A DNA stretch of 64,000 nucleotides from the human T2T-CHM13v2.0 reference genome, Homo sapiens. Below are positions 40,660 through 57,186 of the stretch, piece after piece. The translations under genes and the position numbers were made by a program. Where the stretch lies: NCBI RefSeq assembly GCF_009914755.1, contig NC_060934.1; one strand, given 5' to 3'. How positions within the stretch are numbered: position 1 is the first letter of the stretch; each line of letters begins with the position of its first letter. Below the pieces are notes generated by a model. The model did no database searches. It saw only the letters and a program-made list of their open reading frames with translations, and was not told the DNA's origin.

Positions 40660-40815
40660 GAGGTCTAGGCAGACCTCACTGCCCTTTGCCAGCTGTGTAA
40701 CCTTGGGCAAGTGCTTACCCCACTCAGGCTTGGTTTCTTCATCTATAAAATGGGCTTCTTGGCTCTGTCTCAGAGGTCGTGATGGGGTCAGAGGTGATGA
40801 ATGCAAAGTCAGTGA
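40660..40815 (+). mobile_element. MIR
   Basis: AGCTGTGTAACCTTGGGCAAGT...GTTTCTTCATCTATAAAATGGG. Confidence 0.75.
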
Positions 40816-41045
40816 GTAGGGCCTCTTCCTCACCAACCAAATGGGGACTGAATTCGAGGTCTTGCCATGTGTTTCATTAGCATTTGAGCCCACAGTGCCA
40901 ATAAAACGGACAGAATGGGAGGTTCTGTGCTAGGCAACATGTGCCTTCTGGCAACTGCACCACTGTCTAGGTGGAGCAGTGTTTGGTGAAGAAGGGAAGA
41001 GAGATTTCTGGTGGCCCATCGGCAAGGAGAGGCAAGGAGAGAGAG

Positions 41046-41768
<723 letters not shown>

Positions 41769-43145
41769 GACAGAAATGGCAATTTTGCTCCTAGGCACAG
41801 TCTAAGGGAGGGACTCTTCACCTGCCACTCCTTTCTTGCAGAAATAACAGTGCAAGACTGTACAAGGACCCAGGCCCTGCTTCAAGTGCTTCCTACGTGT
41901 TGACTTGTCATCTTGCGAACACCAACATGAAGCCATCCCCATTTGTCAGAAGTAGGACAGTTGACAGAAATAAGTAATTTTCCTGAGGTCATAGAGCTAA
42001 GAGCTGCAGTGCTTCAGGGGTTGAGGGTATTTAAAATGGTAAAATGTTTTTCACTGAGTCAATTAAAAAAAATAGCATTTATAGGCGGTAAAGTGGCTGT
42101 TCTTACAGTATCTCATTTAATTGCCACAATAATCCTGGAAGGTACATCTTCTTATCGGCATTTTCTAGATGAGAAATCAGAGCCTCACAGAGGTTAAACA
42201 GGTGCCTATGGAGGCAGAATGAGCCAGAGACAGAACTGGGATTTAAGCCAGCTCAGCCTGACTCCCGGTAGTGGTTTTTGCCACCCACAACAGGGATGCA
42301 TGCTAGAGCCAAACCCCTAGTGCCTTTGAAAGGGCCTGGCTGGGGTCCAGCCCCCCGCCCATCCTCCACACAGCTGATGCTTTACATTCTGGCAGATGGC
42401 AGGGCAGTTTGCCCCAGCATCAGTTGCTGAACGCCACTTTGGGGGGGACAGACACGGACAGATAGTCACCCAGCCTGAGCAGATCAGGCTTCCTGAGGCA
42501 GGGCTTGGGGCTTTTGCTGAGGGCACAGATGCTTTTGAGAGTCTGGTAAAATTGTGAGTCCTTTTCCCAGAAAAACACACATGGGACAAATACCCCCTTT
42601 TGCATCCAATTCAGGGTGTGCAAAAGCCCTCAGATTAAAGAACTCCAGGCCTAAAGAATGATCTAGATGAGAAGGCTGCCTTGAGTGCTTTTATGGGACA
42701 GAGCAGGGAGTAGCCGAGAGAGTGGAGACCAGCCAGGGGAAATGTGGGGCGGGCAGCCCATCACAGGGGCTAGCATCAGCCAGAGCCTAGCAGTAAGGAC
42801 TCCAGGAACACAGTGGAACCAAGATGGGCTGGCCAGACGGGCAGGACCATGTGGCCCACTGAGCACAGCTGTGAGCACACAGTTCTGTAAGAAACGGGCA
42901 CCCATCAGGATCTTAGATGAGCATATCAGCAGCCCTTTGCTGCGTTGAGCCCCCACTGGGTCCCAAGATCCTTGCTTTGGACAATGTAGTCCCTGCTTCC
43001 ATCATTAGGTATGGTTGAAAACAGCTTGTCCAGCAGAGCAGATGCTGCCTGCCCAAGGGTTTGTCTTTGCCTTCTCTGCTCAAATCCTCTTTTTGTGATG
43101 GATTAAATGGAGCCTGTTCCTAGTTACTGGCTTCCCAACCTACTC

Positions 43146-43441
43146 TTTTTTTTTCTTTTTTTTGGGACAGAGTCTCACACTGTCGCCCAGGCTGCAGTGC
43201 AATGGCATGATCTTGATTCACTGCAACCTCCACCTCCCGGGTTCAAGTGATTCTTGTGCCTCAGCCTTTGAGTAGCTGGGATTACTGGTGTGGACCAACA
43301 CATCCAGCTAATTTGTGTACTTTTAGTAGAGATGGGGTTTCACCATGTTGGCCAGACTGGTCTTGAACTCCTGACCTCAGGTGATCTGCCTGCCTCGACA
43401 TCCCAAAATATTGTGATTACAGGCATGAGTCAAAGGCCCCA
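43146..43441 (-). mobile_element. Alu
   Basis: Full Alu consensus. Confidence 0.92.
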
Positions 43442-43530
43442 GTCTACATTTGTAGGCAGGCTGGCATTGTGCGCATGGCTGACCCGTTCAAACTTTGACT
43501 ACAATCTACAGTTAGAAATACAAATTACCT

Positions 43531-44715
<1,185 letters not shown>

Positions 44716-46121
44716 AAAACAACAACAAAAAAAAAACAAATTACGGTGTGACACAGTATGCACGCATATACAAACTCTAACTTTTTTTTTTTTTGTATTT
44801 CATTTCATTAAAAACTTACTGGTCTCAGTCGTGATGGATTTCACACCCACTGGTGAGTTGCAACCCACAGTGAGCTGGGATGCCAGAAGAAGGCCTAGGC
44901 TGTGCTCCTGCCCTCTCTTTGTTGGATCTAGGGCTGAGCCACAGCAGGCCCAGCAGAGAGAGTCACCTGGGCACTAGGAAACACTGCCACTCTGTTCTAA
45001 GGCAGAGCTCAGAACAGTCAGCTCGCAGCTGCACCCTATCCTCAGGGTAAGAGCCATACCCAGCTCTTTATTGAGTTTATATTTTACCATGAGTTCCTTA
45101 GTGGTGTTGGAAATAATTTGAGGCAGCTTATAATAGTAAGTATTTTTCTCCCAGTGGAGATGAGAATCCTATAGAGATAGGGCAGCGGTGTCTGGCAGAG
45201 TGCTTCATCCGCTATAAAGGCTGTCCCTGGATTACTGCTGCTGTCCTTCCCCAGACACCTGGGAGGAAGGAGAGCCATTGAGGGGACCCAGGAGAGACAG
45301 GGACCTGGCTGTGATGAAGCCGCTGGGCAGGAATGGAGGCTCTGCACATGGACATAATTTCACATTCAGATGATGAAAATCTTAATTAATCCTGTGAGCT
45401 GATGGATCCATTCATCCATTCATTCAGTAAACACCTTTTGACATAATGTAAGGCTCATGTCTTGCAAACAGTAGCATCAGCTTAAGATGCAAGGAACATC
45501 TTGTCACCTTCAGCTGTGGCCACTGTTTGTTAATTGGCAGCTAAAATCTTTCTGATGCTAGCAGGCATCCAAAAGCATTTTTATAAACACAGAGAGGAGT
45601 CTTCTCCCACCTTCCTCTTCTTGGTCTTTCCTGTCTCTAACTCTCAACTCCTCCCCACCTGGGAGCAGTATAATAGCCAAGGGACTGAATTTCAGCCAAG
45701 GACTGAAATTGCAATGTGAGGGGAGGCCTGTCTGGGCAGGGACGTGGGCGTGCGGCCCACACATCAGGGCTCCTGGTCCTCAGGTATCCTCCAGAAACCT
45801 GGACCCATGCTCCTGAGAAGGCGATGCTGAATAGAAATAACAATGAGGCCTTTCCCTGTCAATTTGATGAGTGCTCAAGAAGCGATAGCTAGCACTATTT
45901 CCATTTTAGATAAATGGACATCAAGTCCCCAAAGGCTAAGTAAGTTGCCCAAGGTGATAAAGTCAGTTAGCAGAGCTAGGTTCAAAGCCAGGTCCTCAGG
46001 CCACAGTAAAGTTTGGCTCCACATCTGCTGCTTCTGTGAGGCCAAAGCTCTGCTACTCCCAGGGTGTGGCCAGGCTTGGCTTTAGGTTTTCTGAAGCCAG
46101 GAAGGCAAAAGCTGTGATGTT

Positions 46122-46231
46122 CAGGTGGGATGTCCAGGTGGGATGTCCAGGTGGAATGTCCAGGTGGGATGTCCAGGTAGGATTCCCAGGTGGGGTGTCC
46201 AGGTAGGGTGTCCAAGTGGGAGGTCCAGGTG
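46122..46231. repeat. 13-bp minisatellite CAGGTGGGATGTC (~8.5 units)
   Basis: Units start at 46122, 46135, 46148, 46161, 46174, 46187, 46200, 46213 and 46226. Confidence 0.92.
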
Positions 46232-46754
46232 AATCAGGTATGATGGTCATGGTCCCAGGTCATGGCTGAGGCAACCTCTTAGCAGCTGGGAACTGACAGG
46301 GTCATTGAGGCTGCAGAGAGGGAATCCGTGTTAATGGATTATCCACGGTGCCCTGGCTATAGATGTGACACTCCCGGGGCGAGGGGAGGCTCTTCACCTA
46401 TCTAAAGCTCAGATGGAAGCAATTGGCACTAGGTTTACAGCAAATCAAAATCACCATCCTGCAGCCAGTTTTCGCAAAGGAGTCACTGGTAGAATGTTTG
46501 GCAAAGAGAGTTGTCATCATTCACTCTCACGTTCCTTCCTTTGTTTAACAAGCATTTCCGAGGTATGCCTTATTTCAGGCACTGGAACATAGCCCTGAAT
46601 CAAAGATGGCTCCTCTCCCTGAGGAACTCACAGGCAGCTGAGGGGAAGGATGATTCGCAAGCAAACAATTACCATACATGCCACAGCTGTTAACCCTGAC
46701 TCAGAACTTTATAGACGCCAGTAGTTCTCAGCAATACTGAGCGCTTCGCAGCAG

Positions 46755-46895
46755 CTATTGTATGCATTTATTAAAATGACCTTGGGACAGCTTTTGCAGA
46801 TGAAAAGCTGAGATTCAGAGAAGTGAAATAACTTGACTGTGATCACACAGCTCACTAGAGGCAGAATCAGGATTTGAACTTGGATCTCTGGCTGC
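46755..46895 (-). mobile_element. MIR
   Basis: TTTTGCAGATGAAAAGCTGAG..CAGAGAAGTGAAATAACTTG...GGATTTGAAC. Confidence 0.7.
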
Positions 46896-47142
46896 AGAGG
46901 CCACACTTGTGGCAGCTGTCCCCCCGAAATGAGCGTCTGATAACAGAAGCTGTATATTGAAGAGTTCTTCAGGCAGATCCAGGTGGGAGGCAGCTGGGTC
47001 AGAGGACCCATGTGCAAAGCACAAAGATGGGGACGTGTGGCCCCAGTGACCACTGGCTGGGCTTGGGGCTGGGGGTGAATGGACATGAAGGGAGAAGGGG
47101 TGAGAGGATGACCAGGGCCTCCCTAACTGTCTTCAGTTTTAG

Positions 47143-47489
<347 letters not shown>

Positions 47490-50400
47490 AGTTTTAGCTC
47501 AGTACTGAGGGCTAGAGCTGAACCTGAGCCTTGGGTTGCTGCGAGAGCACCACATCACCCATTTGGAACCCCTCCCTTGCTGCCCTCTGCATCCTGCTTG
47601 GGGAGAGGGAGGATTGGTGCATCACTTGGGAAGCCCATACACCTGTCTAATAGCTGTGTCCTTAGGCAAGTAACTTGCTCTCTCCAGTTCCAAGTTCTAA
47701 TTTGTAATGATTTGATGGCTGAGAAAGGTAATATGCATAAAGTGCTGTGTTCATTAGACCTCTTTGACTTCAAGGAGTGGAAACCCTGATGAATTTAGGA
47801 GTGAATCTGGACCAAGGTTGGAACAAAAGCACCTACAGAGGAGTATAAAACTGGAACCTGGGGCTGGCCTGACTCCAGACACTGTCTCTAGTCTCTTTCT
47901 CTCCAACAGCTCATCCATGTGGCTACCAGTTTTCTTCCTAAATATTTCCTTGTTAGTACCCTGCTAAAAAGCCTATGAAGGCTTGCCAATAACACAAAAT
48001 AAATCTCAAAATGTTGAATCTTGCCTGCCTCTCTGCTGTTAGTCTCCTTACCCCACACTCCTCTCTAACACATCATTTTCTTGTAGTCTAATTTCTGGTA
48101 TTTTTACCTTCTGAAATGCACCATTCCAAACCTGGAGAACCCCAACTTATGGTTTGGAACCATCCCAAATGGATACTAGGCCATATATATTACAGAAGAA
48201 GTGTTTATACCAATAGCAACTGACCGGTGACACATACATGTCGTTTACTGGTCAGTGACCTGGGCAAGTAACCCTGATATCACTGCTCACTTTGGACATA
48301 GGGCCTGCCCTAGGTGCAATGCCAGTTGAGGGAGGAAGGCTGCACAGGCACACAGAAGGGCTGCCTTCTCTGTGCAATTGTATGATTTGGCCTCATGGTG
48401 TTGCCAGTCTGTCTCTGGGGCAGCTGCTTGCAAACTGTAGGTTTTTTCATGTCTTTGTGCTGTTGGAATGATGATATAGCTAAGGGGCCTGTATGACCCC
48501 CACATAACTCAGGGCCATCAAACAGTCACATTGCTTCCTCATGCAGGGACTGAGAGGCGCTCCTGGTTTTCACACCTTCTCTCTTGCTGTGTTTCTCGTA
48601 GGTCCATTTCACAGGCCACAGCTGCTTTGGCTATGGCTTTATAACGGCGGCCTTTAAAGCAATCTGCTTTCCCTTCTCAACCTCCCTGAGGATCCCTGGG
48701 CAGTGAGTGGTTCTGTCAGCTGGGGTTCCACAGCATAGTGAGACCACACCTCTGGGCTCTGACATGGGCAAAGGACCTGAGAGCCCAAAGCATCTCACTT
48801 GCGTCAGGGGCTATGGGAACTGGGAGCGAGGGCAGATCCAGCCACCTGTGACAGGTGGCTGCAAAATACTGGAACTGCTACCAGGGCTAAGGCTAGCAAG
48901 ACCTGCATGCCTAAGAGGGCAAAAGGGGGCAAAGGGAGGCTCAAAGGTAGTTCCTGGGCCAGGCCCTGGGCCAATGACTGGACTGGCTAACTCCTCCGTT
49001 TTGGCATTTCAGAACCTCGGAGCTGTCAGAGCAAGCCTCATTTGGGACTGGGTACTCTAGAAGGCCAGATGGGAGCAATGACAAAATCCTGGGAGGGTGC
49101 GGGTGGGTCTGGGAGGTTAATGCAGTGGGAAGAACAAAACACAGAATTCCTATTGCAAGCGAACATTTTGAAGCATGTGAAAAAACTAATTCTAAGAAAG
49201 GTTACAAAACTAATAATAGGAGATGAATTCACTGCCAAATAAATGGAAATATGAGAAAAATCTCAAAACCAAAAAGCCTTAAGCATCTTAAGACCCACAA
49301 AGAAGAAGAAATAGCATTCATAAAAAGTAATTATAAAATAAACCCAGGAAGGTATAAATTAAGAACAGATTGGCTCTGAAAAAAAACTGAGTAGAAATCT
49401 AGGTATAAAAACTATGATAATTAAATCAATAGATGAGCTAGTCAAAGATACAATTTGCGAATGGAAAACTAAAAGCAGCTCACAGATAGAAGGAGATGAA
49501 ACTATGGAAGAGAACTTAAAAAATGGCTGAGTTTTAACAACCAATGTTCTGAAGGAGAAAATGTGGAGAGAATGGTAGAGAAGATACAGTAGAAGGAGTG
49601 GTAGAATGACATGACCGAGAATTTTCTACAGGTTAAGAAAAGGTGTGACTTCAGAGTAAAAGCATGCATAGAAAGGTCAGCAGGACAAACAAAAGGAAAT
49701 TTCGAGAGAGACCCCAGAGCAGGTTAGCACTGCCCCTCCCTCCCCACTTTCTGCAACATCATCCCTTCCTTCTCTTTTGTAGCACTTGGGACACTTGTCG
49801 TGATTGTTCAAGGGCTGGCCTGGTTCCATATGTGTCTGCATGTCACATGCAGCAAGTGGTCTGGTACCTGGCCTTTGGGACATGCTCAATAAACACGTCA
49901 GTAGACAGTTGAGTAACTGATGGATAAGTAGGTCAGTGCCGGGAGAAACCAGGTGCACATGTTCCAGCGTGCGGCCAGGGGGCAGGGGCATCTAAATCAC
50001 TGCCATGGAGTCTGGGAAACAGCCATGGACAAAATCCACGGCCCCCTCTGGTTGGGCTGGACAGGCCCGGCTGTCCACATGGAGGGCTGCTCCAGGTGCT
50101 GAGCCTGAGAGGTGCCCTCTAGATGAAGCTCATTCGGGCAGGTTTGGCCTTAGCAAGGGAAGGAAGTAGGAGGACCAGCTCCTCCATGAGATCTTTCTGG
50201 CTTCCCGGCCTGGAGAGCAGCTGGCCCAATAGATGCACAAACGCACTGTCTACAGATATGTAATTTGAGATGGGTTATTAATAGAATAATCTTAATAAGA
50301 GCACGATCAACCAGTATTGATACAGCAGTTTATGGGTTCCAAAGTGCTTTCACATTTGTAATATCATCGAATCTTAACATCCCGAGAGGATGTCAGTTTT

Positions 50401-53044
50401 GTACGCATTTTATAGGCTGGGAAACGAAGTCTGGAGAATTGAAAGCCTGGGGACCCTGTGCTCCTATGGGGACAGATTCTGGGCACTGAGCTCACCCTCT
50501 GGCCATGATCCTGTGTGCCCTTGCCAGCTCCCTGCCTGTCCCCTCCTTGTCTGGGCAGAGGTTGGGCTGCCAGTGGCCTTTGCTCTCCAGAAACAAAGGG
50601 TTTACTGAGTACTTGAATAATATATACAGCAGAGCAGGGCGTATTTGATGGCTTCCCAGGAATAAGCTGTCTTTGACATTTTCAGACACAGAGCAGGACT
50701 TCCCTATTGCCTCCACAGAGTGGGTCGTATGTAGGGGGTGTGTCGGAGCCAGAGCAGATCAATTTGGGGTGGGGTCCCTTCTCAGAGAGGTAAGGAAGAG
50801 ACGGTACAAGCCTTGCTTCCTGCTCTACATCCAGGTACAGCATTCAAGGCTATATTGCTAGCATTTCATACACACCCTTGAATTTTGTTCCTTTCCTTCA
50901 CACATGAATTCAGTGTAGTGGCTTAAGACCTAGGGACATACAACAGAGGGGAAGGACTTCTTTGGGCACCCCTGAAAACCCATGCTGTCATTCCAATTGT
51001 GTTGCTCTTGAGTGTAAGCCCTTCCACTTTAGTGTTTTTCACTATTTTAATAAAACCAGGGGAAAATAAACCATTGGAGCAATGAACAAATGCTGCTGTA
51101 CAGACATGGAAGTCTTTCTGCCTGGATCTGCTGGCCCATGCAGAGCTCAACACCTCCCCGTAGCTGTGAGCAAAAGTCTGAATCAGGCATATGCAAGACT
51201 GCATGTGAGATATATTCAGGGCAGGTCATTCGAAAGCAGAACACGACACGTGGAACTCAGTGACAGCTTGTGTTTCCAAAACATTCATTTATAACAATGG
51301 ACCTACTTGTGAATTACTCATTCAGCAAACATTTATCATATGCCTTCTGTATGCCAGGCACTGAGACACATCTGGCTGCTTGGGAATGACTGAGACCCCA
51401 CCCACAAGAAGCTCACAGCCAGGTCAGAGAACTCATGCAGGGTAGAAAGTTCTGTGATGCGACTGAAGCTTAGCACTATCTATAAGGCATGGTTGCTGAG
51501 TGAGGTGCTGTATCTCAACGCATTTCTGTATACGTATCCTGAAATTTAGCCTGGACTTTCCCAGTTTCATCTGTATTATATCAGTGTAGCTTTGCTTGCA
51601 GAGAAAGTGCTACTTAATATCAGAAATGGGAAGAATCAGCAGAAAAAAAAGTGGACATGCAGTTAGTCACCTTCTGGGCAGCTGGGAAGGGGAGAGAGGC
51701 AGGGGAGGTGGGTGGGAGAAGAGACAGGCAAGACTCCGGGACCAGAGGCTAAACCACTTTCCACTGCGGGGCTAGAACATGGCATACGTGATTTCATTTT
51801 CTGGGGTTTATTTGAAAGATTACTCTTGGTCTGAGTATGCCTGACAGTTGCAGAATAGAATGAATCCCTTTCGTTTGCTTGTTTGAAAATCATGATGTCT
51901 CTTTCGGCAGATCTGTGTTACCTGGCCTTCAGTTGCGATGCTTGGTTTCCCCCTGTGTCTACCTGAGGAAATCCTGCTCAGCCAATATGCCCTCCTCTGG
52001 GAAGCCGCCTCTCACCTCCGAAGGCCGAGTGGTGTCAGTGGTCCCCTGGTTCGTGCCTCTCCTGGGGCATTTAGCACGTCCTACAGCTGACTGTTCATTC
52101 CTGGGGCTCCGCTTTGAGGTGATGAGTCTGTGGGGGGCCTCCTCACAGTCTCCTCTGGCTGTTTGCGTGTTGCCTCCCCAGCCCTCGTTTCTTTGCAGGT
52201 TACCTTCCTTGCCTTGTTTTTCCCATTGCTGTGGACTCTGGTTTTTGATAGCTTATGAGGCATTGGGGGCTTCCTCCCAAATTTACCTTTGTGTCTGGCT
52301 TCCCCACGTGATGGGGAGCCCCTGAGGGCAGGGCCATGGCAGTGTCATCTCCCCATTCCCAGGGCCCAGCACAGAGGGAGTGAAATCTGAGCTGCGATAA
52401 GCTGACTCAGGATGGCAGTGCCTTCTGCCCTAGGATGGGGGACCCACTTCTTCTTGAGAGCAGAGACCTTCCTTCCTCATAATCCAGCCCATCCCCAGCA
52501 CCCAGTTCAGTGCCCAGGACAAGACTGCAGGGGACCTTGGCTGAAGGAAAAGGCATTGAAGGAATGGAGGCATTAGGGCCCTTGCTTTGAGACAAGGGTG
52601 GTTATTTTGTGCCTGACCTGGTTTCCTGTGGACAGGTCAGAGCACTTCAGGGACAGCAGGCTCCGTGCAAAGGGGCAAATGTGGACAGCAAAGCCTGCCA
52701 GGACAGCGGCTCCTCTGAGCACCCGGTGCATTCCTGCTAAGTGCTTCTTGAAGCCTCATGCCCAGGCATTCCCCGCGTGGGATGCAGATGCACCCCTGGC
52801 CCTGCAGTGTGGGAGTGCAGGGACAGTAGATCACTGCTGGACAGTTTCCTCACACCACCCGTTGCCCACGATCCAGAGGGCTCAGGCTGAGGCCGCCTCT
52901 CCACCACCTCACAGAAACCAGTGGCCATGGATTATCCGGACGTGGTGGCTATTTGGCCGTGACAGGCAATCACCTTACTGTGCAAACTGGGCCATGCCAT
53001 CTGGCCTCTCTGAGCCTATTTCTTATACATAAAAAGGGATTGAT

Positions 53045-53342
53045 GGCTGGGCATGGTGGCTCATGCCTGTAATCCCAGCACTTTGGGAGGCCAAGGTGGG
53101 CAGATCACGAGGTCAAGAGATTGAGACCATCCTGGCCAACATGGTGAAACCCTGTCTCTACTAAAAATACACAAAAATTAGCTGGGTGTGGTGGCATGCA
53201 CCTGTAGTCCCAGCTACTTGGGAGGCTGAGGCAGGAGAATTGCTTGACCCAGGAGGCAGAGGTTGCAGTGAGCCGAGATCACACCACTGCACTCCAGCCT
53301 GGGCAACAGAGCAAGACTCCATCTCAAAAAAAAAAAAAAAAA
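53045..53342 (+). mobile_element. Alu (AluSc-like)
   Basis: GATCACGAGGTCAAGAGATTGAGACCATCC; TSD core GGATTGAT. Confidence 0.95.
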
Positions 53343-54807
53343 GGATTGATAGTAAATTTTATCCTTGCCTGGCCTCCAACAGGCTGCCAGGCCACCTCCC
53401 TTGGTCTGCAGCTCACAGAAGGCTGTCCTTACATGGTGACCAGTCCACACTACCAAGGCCTGGCCAGAGAACGAGCACGTGGAGGCCTTGGTGGAAAGTG
53501 GATAATGCCGTGAAGTTTTCACATGGGTAATTTTGGATTTGATTTGTGGGGACAGGGGGAATCTAATTTTCTGTTAAATGTTTGTACATTTCTTTCTTTA
53601 TATTTAAAATAACACAATTCAATGGGATTTGACTTATTGTCTGTTTTTGAATTGTCTTATAGCTCTCAGATTTTTCACATTCTAAGACTGGCCTGCATCT
53701 GCCGCTCACCTCCACGAACCACTTGAGGAACTGGCGTAGCTGTGAAGTCCAGCTCAGAGTGTATTTGAGAACTCCTCTTTTTTTCTGGCTTACACATCAG
53801 TAACGCAGATCCCATTTTTAGATGTCCTCACTTCTGTGTGTGTATGGTTTTTAAATTAAGGAAACATATAAGAGTGTTTAAATTTGAGATAATTAAGTAA
53901 GTATCTCATTCCCTGCAAACAGCAGGCATCACTGGGTTCAGAATCAGCCAACTGTAGCTGCTGACTTCAGGGCCTGTCAGCTGGCTGGCCTGAGTTGGGG
54001 ACAAGATCCATAGTTACTTGGAGTAACTTGCAAACATGCATCACAAGACTTAACATACAATGGTCATGCTGATAAGGAGTATTGTTTTCCTTTCTACCCC
54101 GGGGAGGGCACTGTCTTTAACGGGGAAGGCCTGTAGCTCCGTTTGGACGTACATGACTGTATTCTGCATTAACCTGTTCCAGTGAGGCTCTGGTGGCCCC
54201 TACAGCCTGGTTCTTGGGCAGAGACCTGGTTTGTAGTGTCCTGTGTGATCCTGGGCCTGCCCATGGGGAGCTGGACTGGCTTATGTCTGAAAGAGGCACT
54301 GGTGGTGCATTAGTGTTTCTGTCTATTTCAGAGGCGCTTTCTTCCCTCCCTTCTCCCAGTGTTTCTGGCTGCCTTTTGCAGTCCCTGAAGTTTTTCTCAG
54401 GGTCAGTGTGTAGTGAGAAATCAGCCTCAGGGCTGAGATGGACTCTTAATTCTGGACGCCTGTGTCTGTGGCTCTGTCTTAAGCTAGTGGGGCCCAGAGA
54501 GGATGTTGGCATGACTCTAAGTGGAATGTCTGCAGCCGGCGTTCTGGATTTTACTGCCCAGTAGAGGTGGAATGCTCCTGTGGTCCTCAGTGAGATTGGG
54601 AAGTTCATAGCCCTCCAGCATTGCTGTGGGTGAGTTGACTGCTTCAGGGGCCACTGGATCTTGTCTGGTATGCCCACTGTCAGTCCACCTGTGTATCAGC
54701 CCAGCCTCATCAGCATTTACAGAGCACTTACTGTGTGCTAGGTGCTGAATGCAAAGACAGAAACAAAGCATGCCCTGCTCATAGGTCAGTAGGAGAGAGA
54801 TAGAAGC

Positions 54808-54920
54808 TGTCTTGGTTTGTTTTGTGTTGCTATAAAAGAATACCTGAGGCTGGGTAATTCATAAAGAACAGAAATTTATTTCTTATAGTTCTGGAGGTTG
54901 GGAAGTCCAAATTGAGGCAA
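54808..54920 (-). mobile_element. MST/MLT1A-like LTR end fragment
   Basis: TGTCTTGGTTTGTTTTGTGTTGCTATAAAAGAATACCTGAGGCTGGGTAATT. Confidence 0.65.
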
Positions 54921-55872
54921 GCCACAGACCTTCCTCAAACAGGCACCAGCCTGGTGTGGAAGACAGATATATATGTATGCGTGTGTGTGTGTGCGCACAC
55001 AACACGGGAAAATTTAAAAGCATTCCTGAACTCTGCCCCACACCCTGTGAATCAGAATCTCTGAACCAGGTTATTATTTGCAAATAAACAAAGCTATAAG
55101 AAGCCACATAAAACAAATGCATGGCTTAATGGATTTTTACAAGAGTAAAGCTTTGTAACCACCACCTAGACTAAGAAACAGAACTTTGTCCAGAGGCACC
55201 TCCTCACTCTCTTCTCCAAAGTCACCACTACCTTGACTTACAGTAGACACTCCTTTCCTTTGCTTCATAGTCTAATTATTACCCACATGTATATCCCTAC
55301 ACCCTATAATTAAATCTCACTTATTTTATAAAAATACATCTTTTAAAAGTTGGTTAATACACAGGTTTTCCTACCCCCTCCCAAGACCCAGGTCATTTGA
55401 TCTGTAGAGTTTCCAATAGTCTGGATTTTGCTGACTGCACTCTCATGGTGCTATTCAACATGTCCCCTGTCCTCTGTGTTTCCTGTAAATTGGTAGCTCA
55501 TCCATGTTCCAGCATGTATCAGTACATCATTCCTTTTTATGGCTATTATTCCATTGTATATCACAATTTGTTTATCCATTCATTTGTTATGGAAATTTGG
55601 GTTGTTTCCACCTTTTGGCTATTGTTCATAGTGCTGCTATAAAGATACATGTACTTGTTTGAGTAGTCAGTGTCAGTTCTTCTGGGTATATACCTAGGAG
55701 TGGAATTGCTTGATCATACCATAATTCTATATTTAAGTTTTTGAGAAATCACCAAACTTTTCTCAGCAGTTGTGCCATTTTACATTCTCACCAACAATGT
55801 CTGAGGGTTCCAATTTTTCTACATTCTTGTTAGCCCTTGTTATTTTCCATTGAAAAAAATATATCCATCCTA

Positions 55873-56155
55873 AGTCAGGTGCAGTGGCTCATGCCTCTAA
55901 TGCCAGCACTTTGGGAGGATAGCTTGAGGCCAGGAATTTGAGACCAGCCTGGGCAACATAGTGAGATCCTGTCTCTACAAAAAAATTAAGAAATTAGTAG
56001 GGCATGGTTATGCCTGCCTGTAGTACCTCTTAGCTGCTCAGGAAGCTGAGGTGGAGGATCACTTGATCCTGGGAGGTTCAGGCCACTGTGAGCTGTGATG
56101 GTGTCACTGCACTCCAGCCTGGATAACATGGCAAGAGCCTGTCTCAAATCAATAA
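55873..56155 (+). mobile_element. AluJ-like with AT-expanded tail
   Basis: J-type motifs; TSD ATATATCCATCC at ~55859 and ~56237. Confidence 0.88.
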
Positions 56156-56855
56156 ATTATATATGTATTATATAATTTATCATATAATAACATTATTATA
56201 TATACATATTATAAATAATTATATATAAATATTATATATATCCATCCACCTATTACATATATATACAGTGGGTGTGAATTGGTACCTCATTGCAATTTTG
56301 ATTTGCATTTCCCTAATTAATAAAAATATTGAGTGTCTTTTCATGTGCTTGTTGGCATTTGTATATTTTCTTTGGAGAAATGTCTATTCAAGTCTTTGCC
56401 CATTTTAAAATTGAGTTGTGTGTTTTTGCTGATGAGCTGTAAGAGTTCTTTAAATGCTTTGGATACCAGACCTTTATTAGATGTATGATTTTACTTTGTT
56501 GGTAATTTTCTTTGATGTTCGAAAGTTTACTATTTTTATGAAGTCTAATTTATCTAGTTCTTCTTTTGTTGTTCATGCTTCTGGTATCATATCTAAGACT
56601 CTATTGCTAAAGCTAAAATTATGAAGATATACTCCTATGTTTTCTTCTAAGAGTTTTATGGCTTTAGCTCTTATATGTAGGTTGTTGACCCGCTTTAAGT
56701 TAATTTTTCTATATGGTGTAAGATGGGAGTCCAACTTCATTCTTTTGCATGTGGATATCCAGTTGTTCCAGCACCATTTGTTGAAGAGATTATTTGATTA
56801 TTATTTCCCCCATTGAATGGTCTTGGCACTCTTGTTAAAAATTAATTGACAATAC

Positions 56856-57186
<331 letters not shown>

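Noticed and set aside
46122-46231. CRISPR-like array
   Set aside because: Head-to-tail units with no unique spacers, eukaryotic context and no cas genes.
49972-49985. CTCF-like motif CGGCCAGGGGGCAG
   Set aside because: Partial match only; cannot be supported without ChIP data.
53650-53905. Possible lncRNA exon (acceptor TTGTCTTATAG ~53660, donor GTAAGT ~53898)
   Set aside because: Splice-like motifs alone are too frequent; no ORF or linked exons support it.
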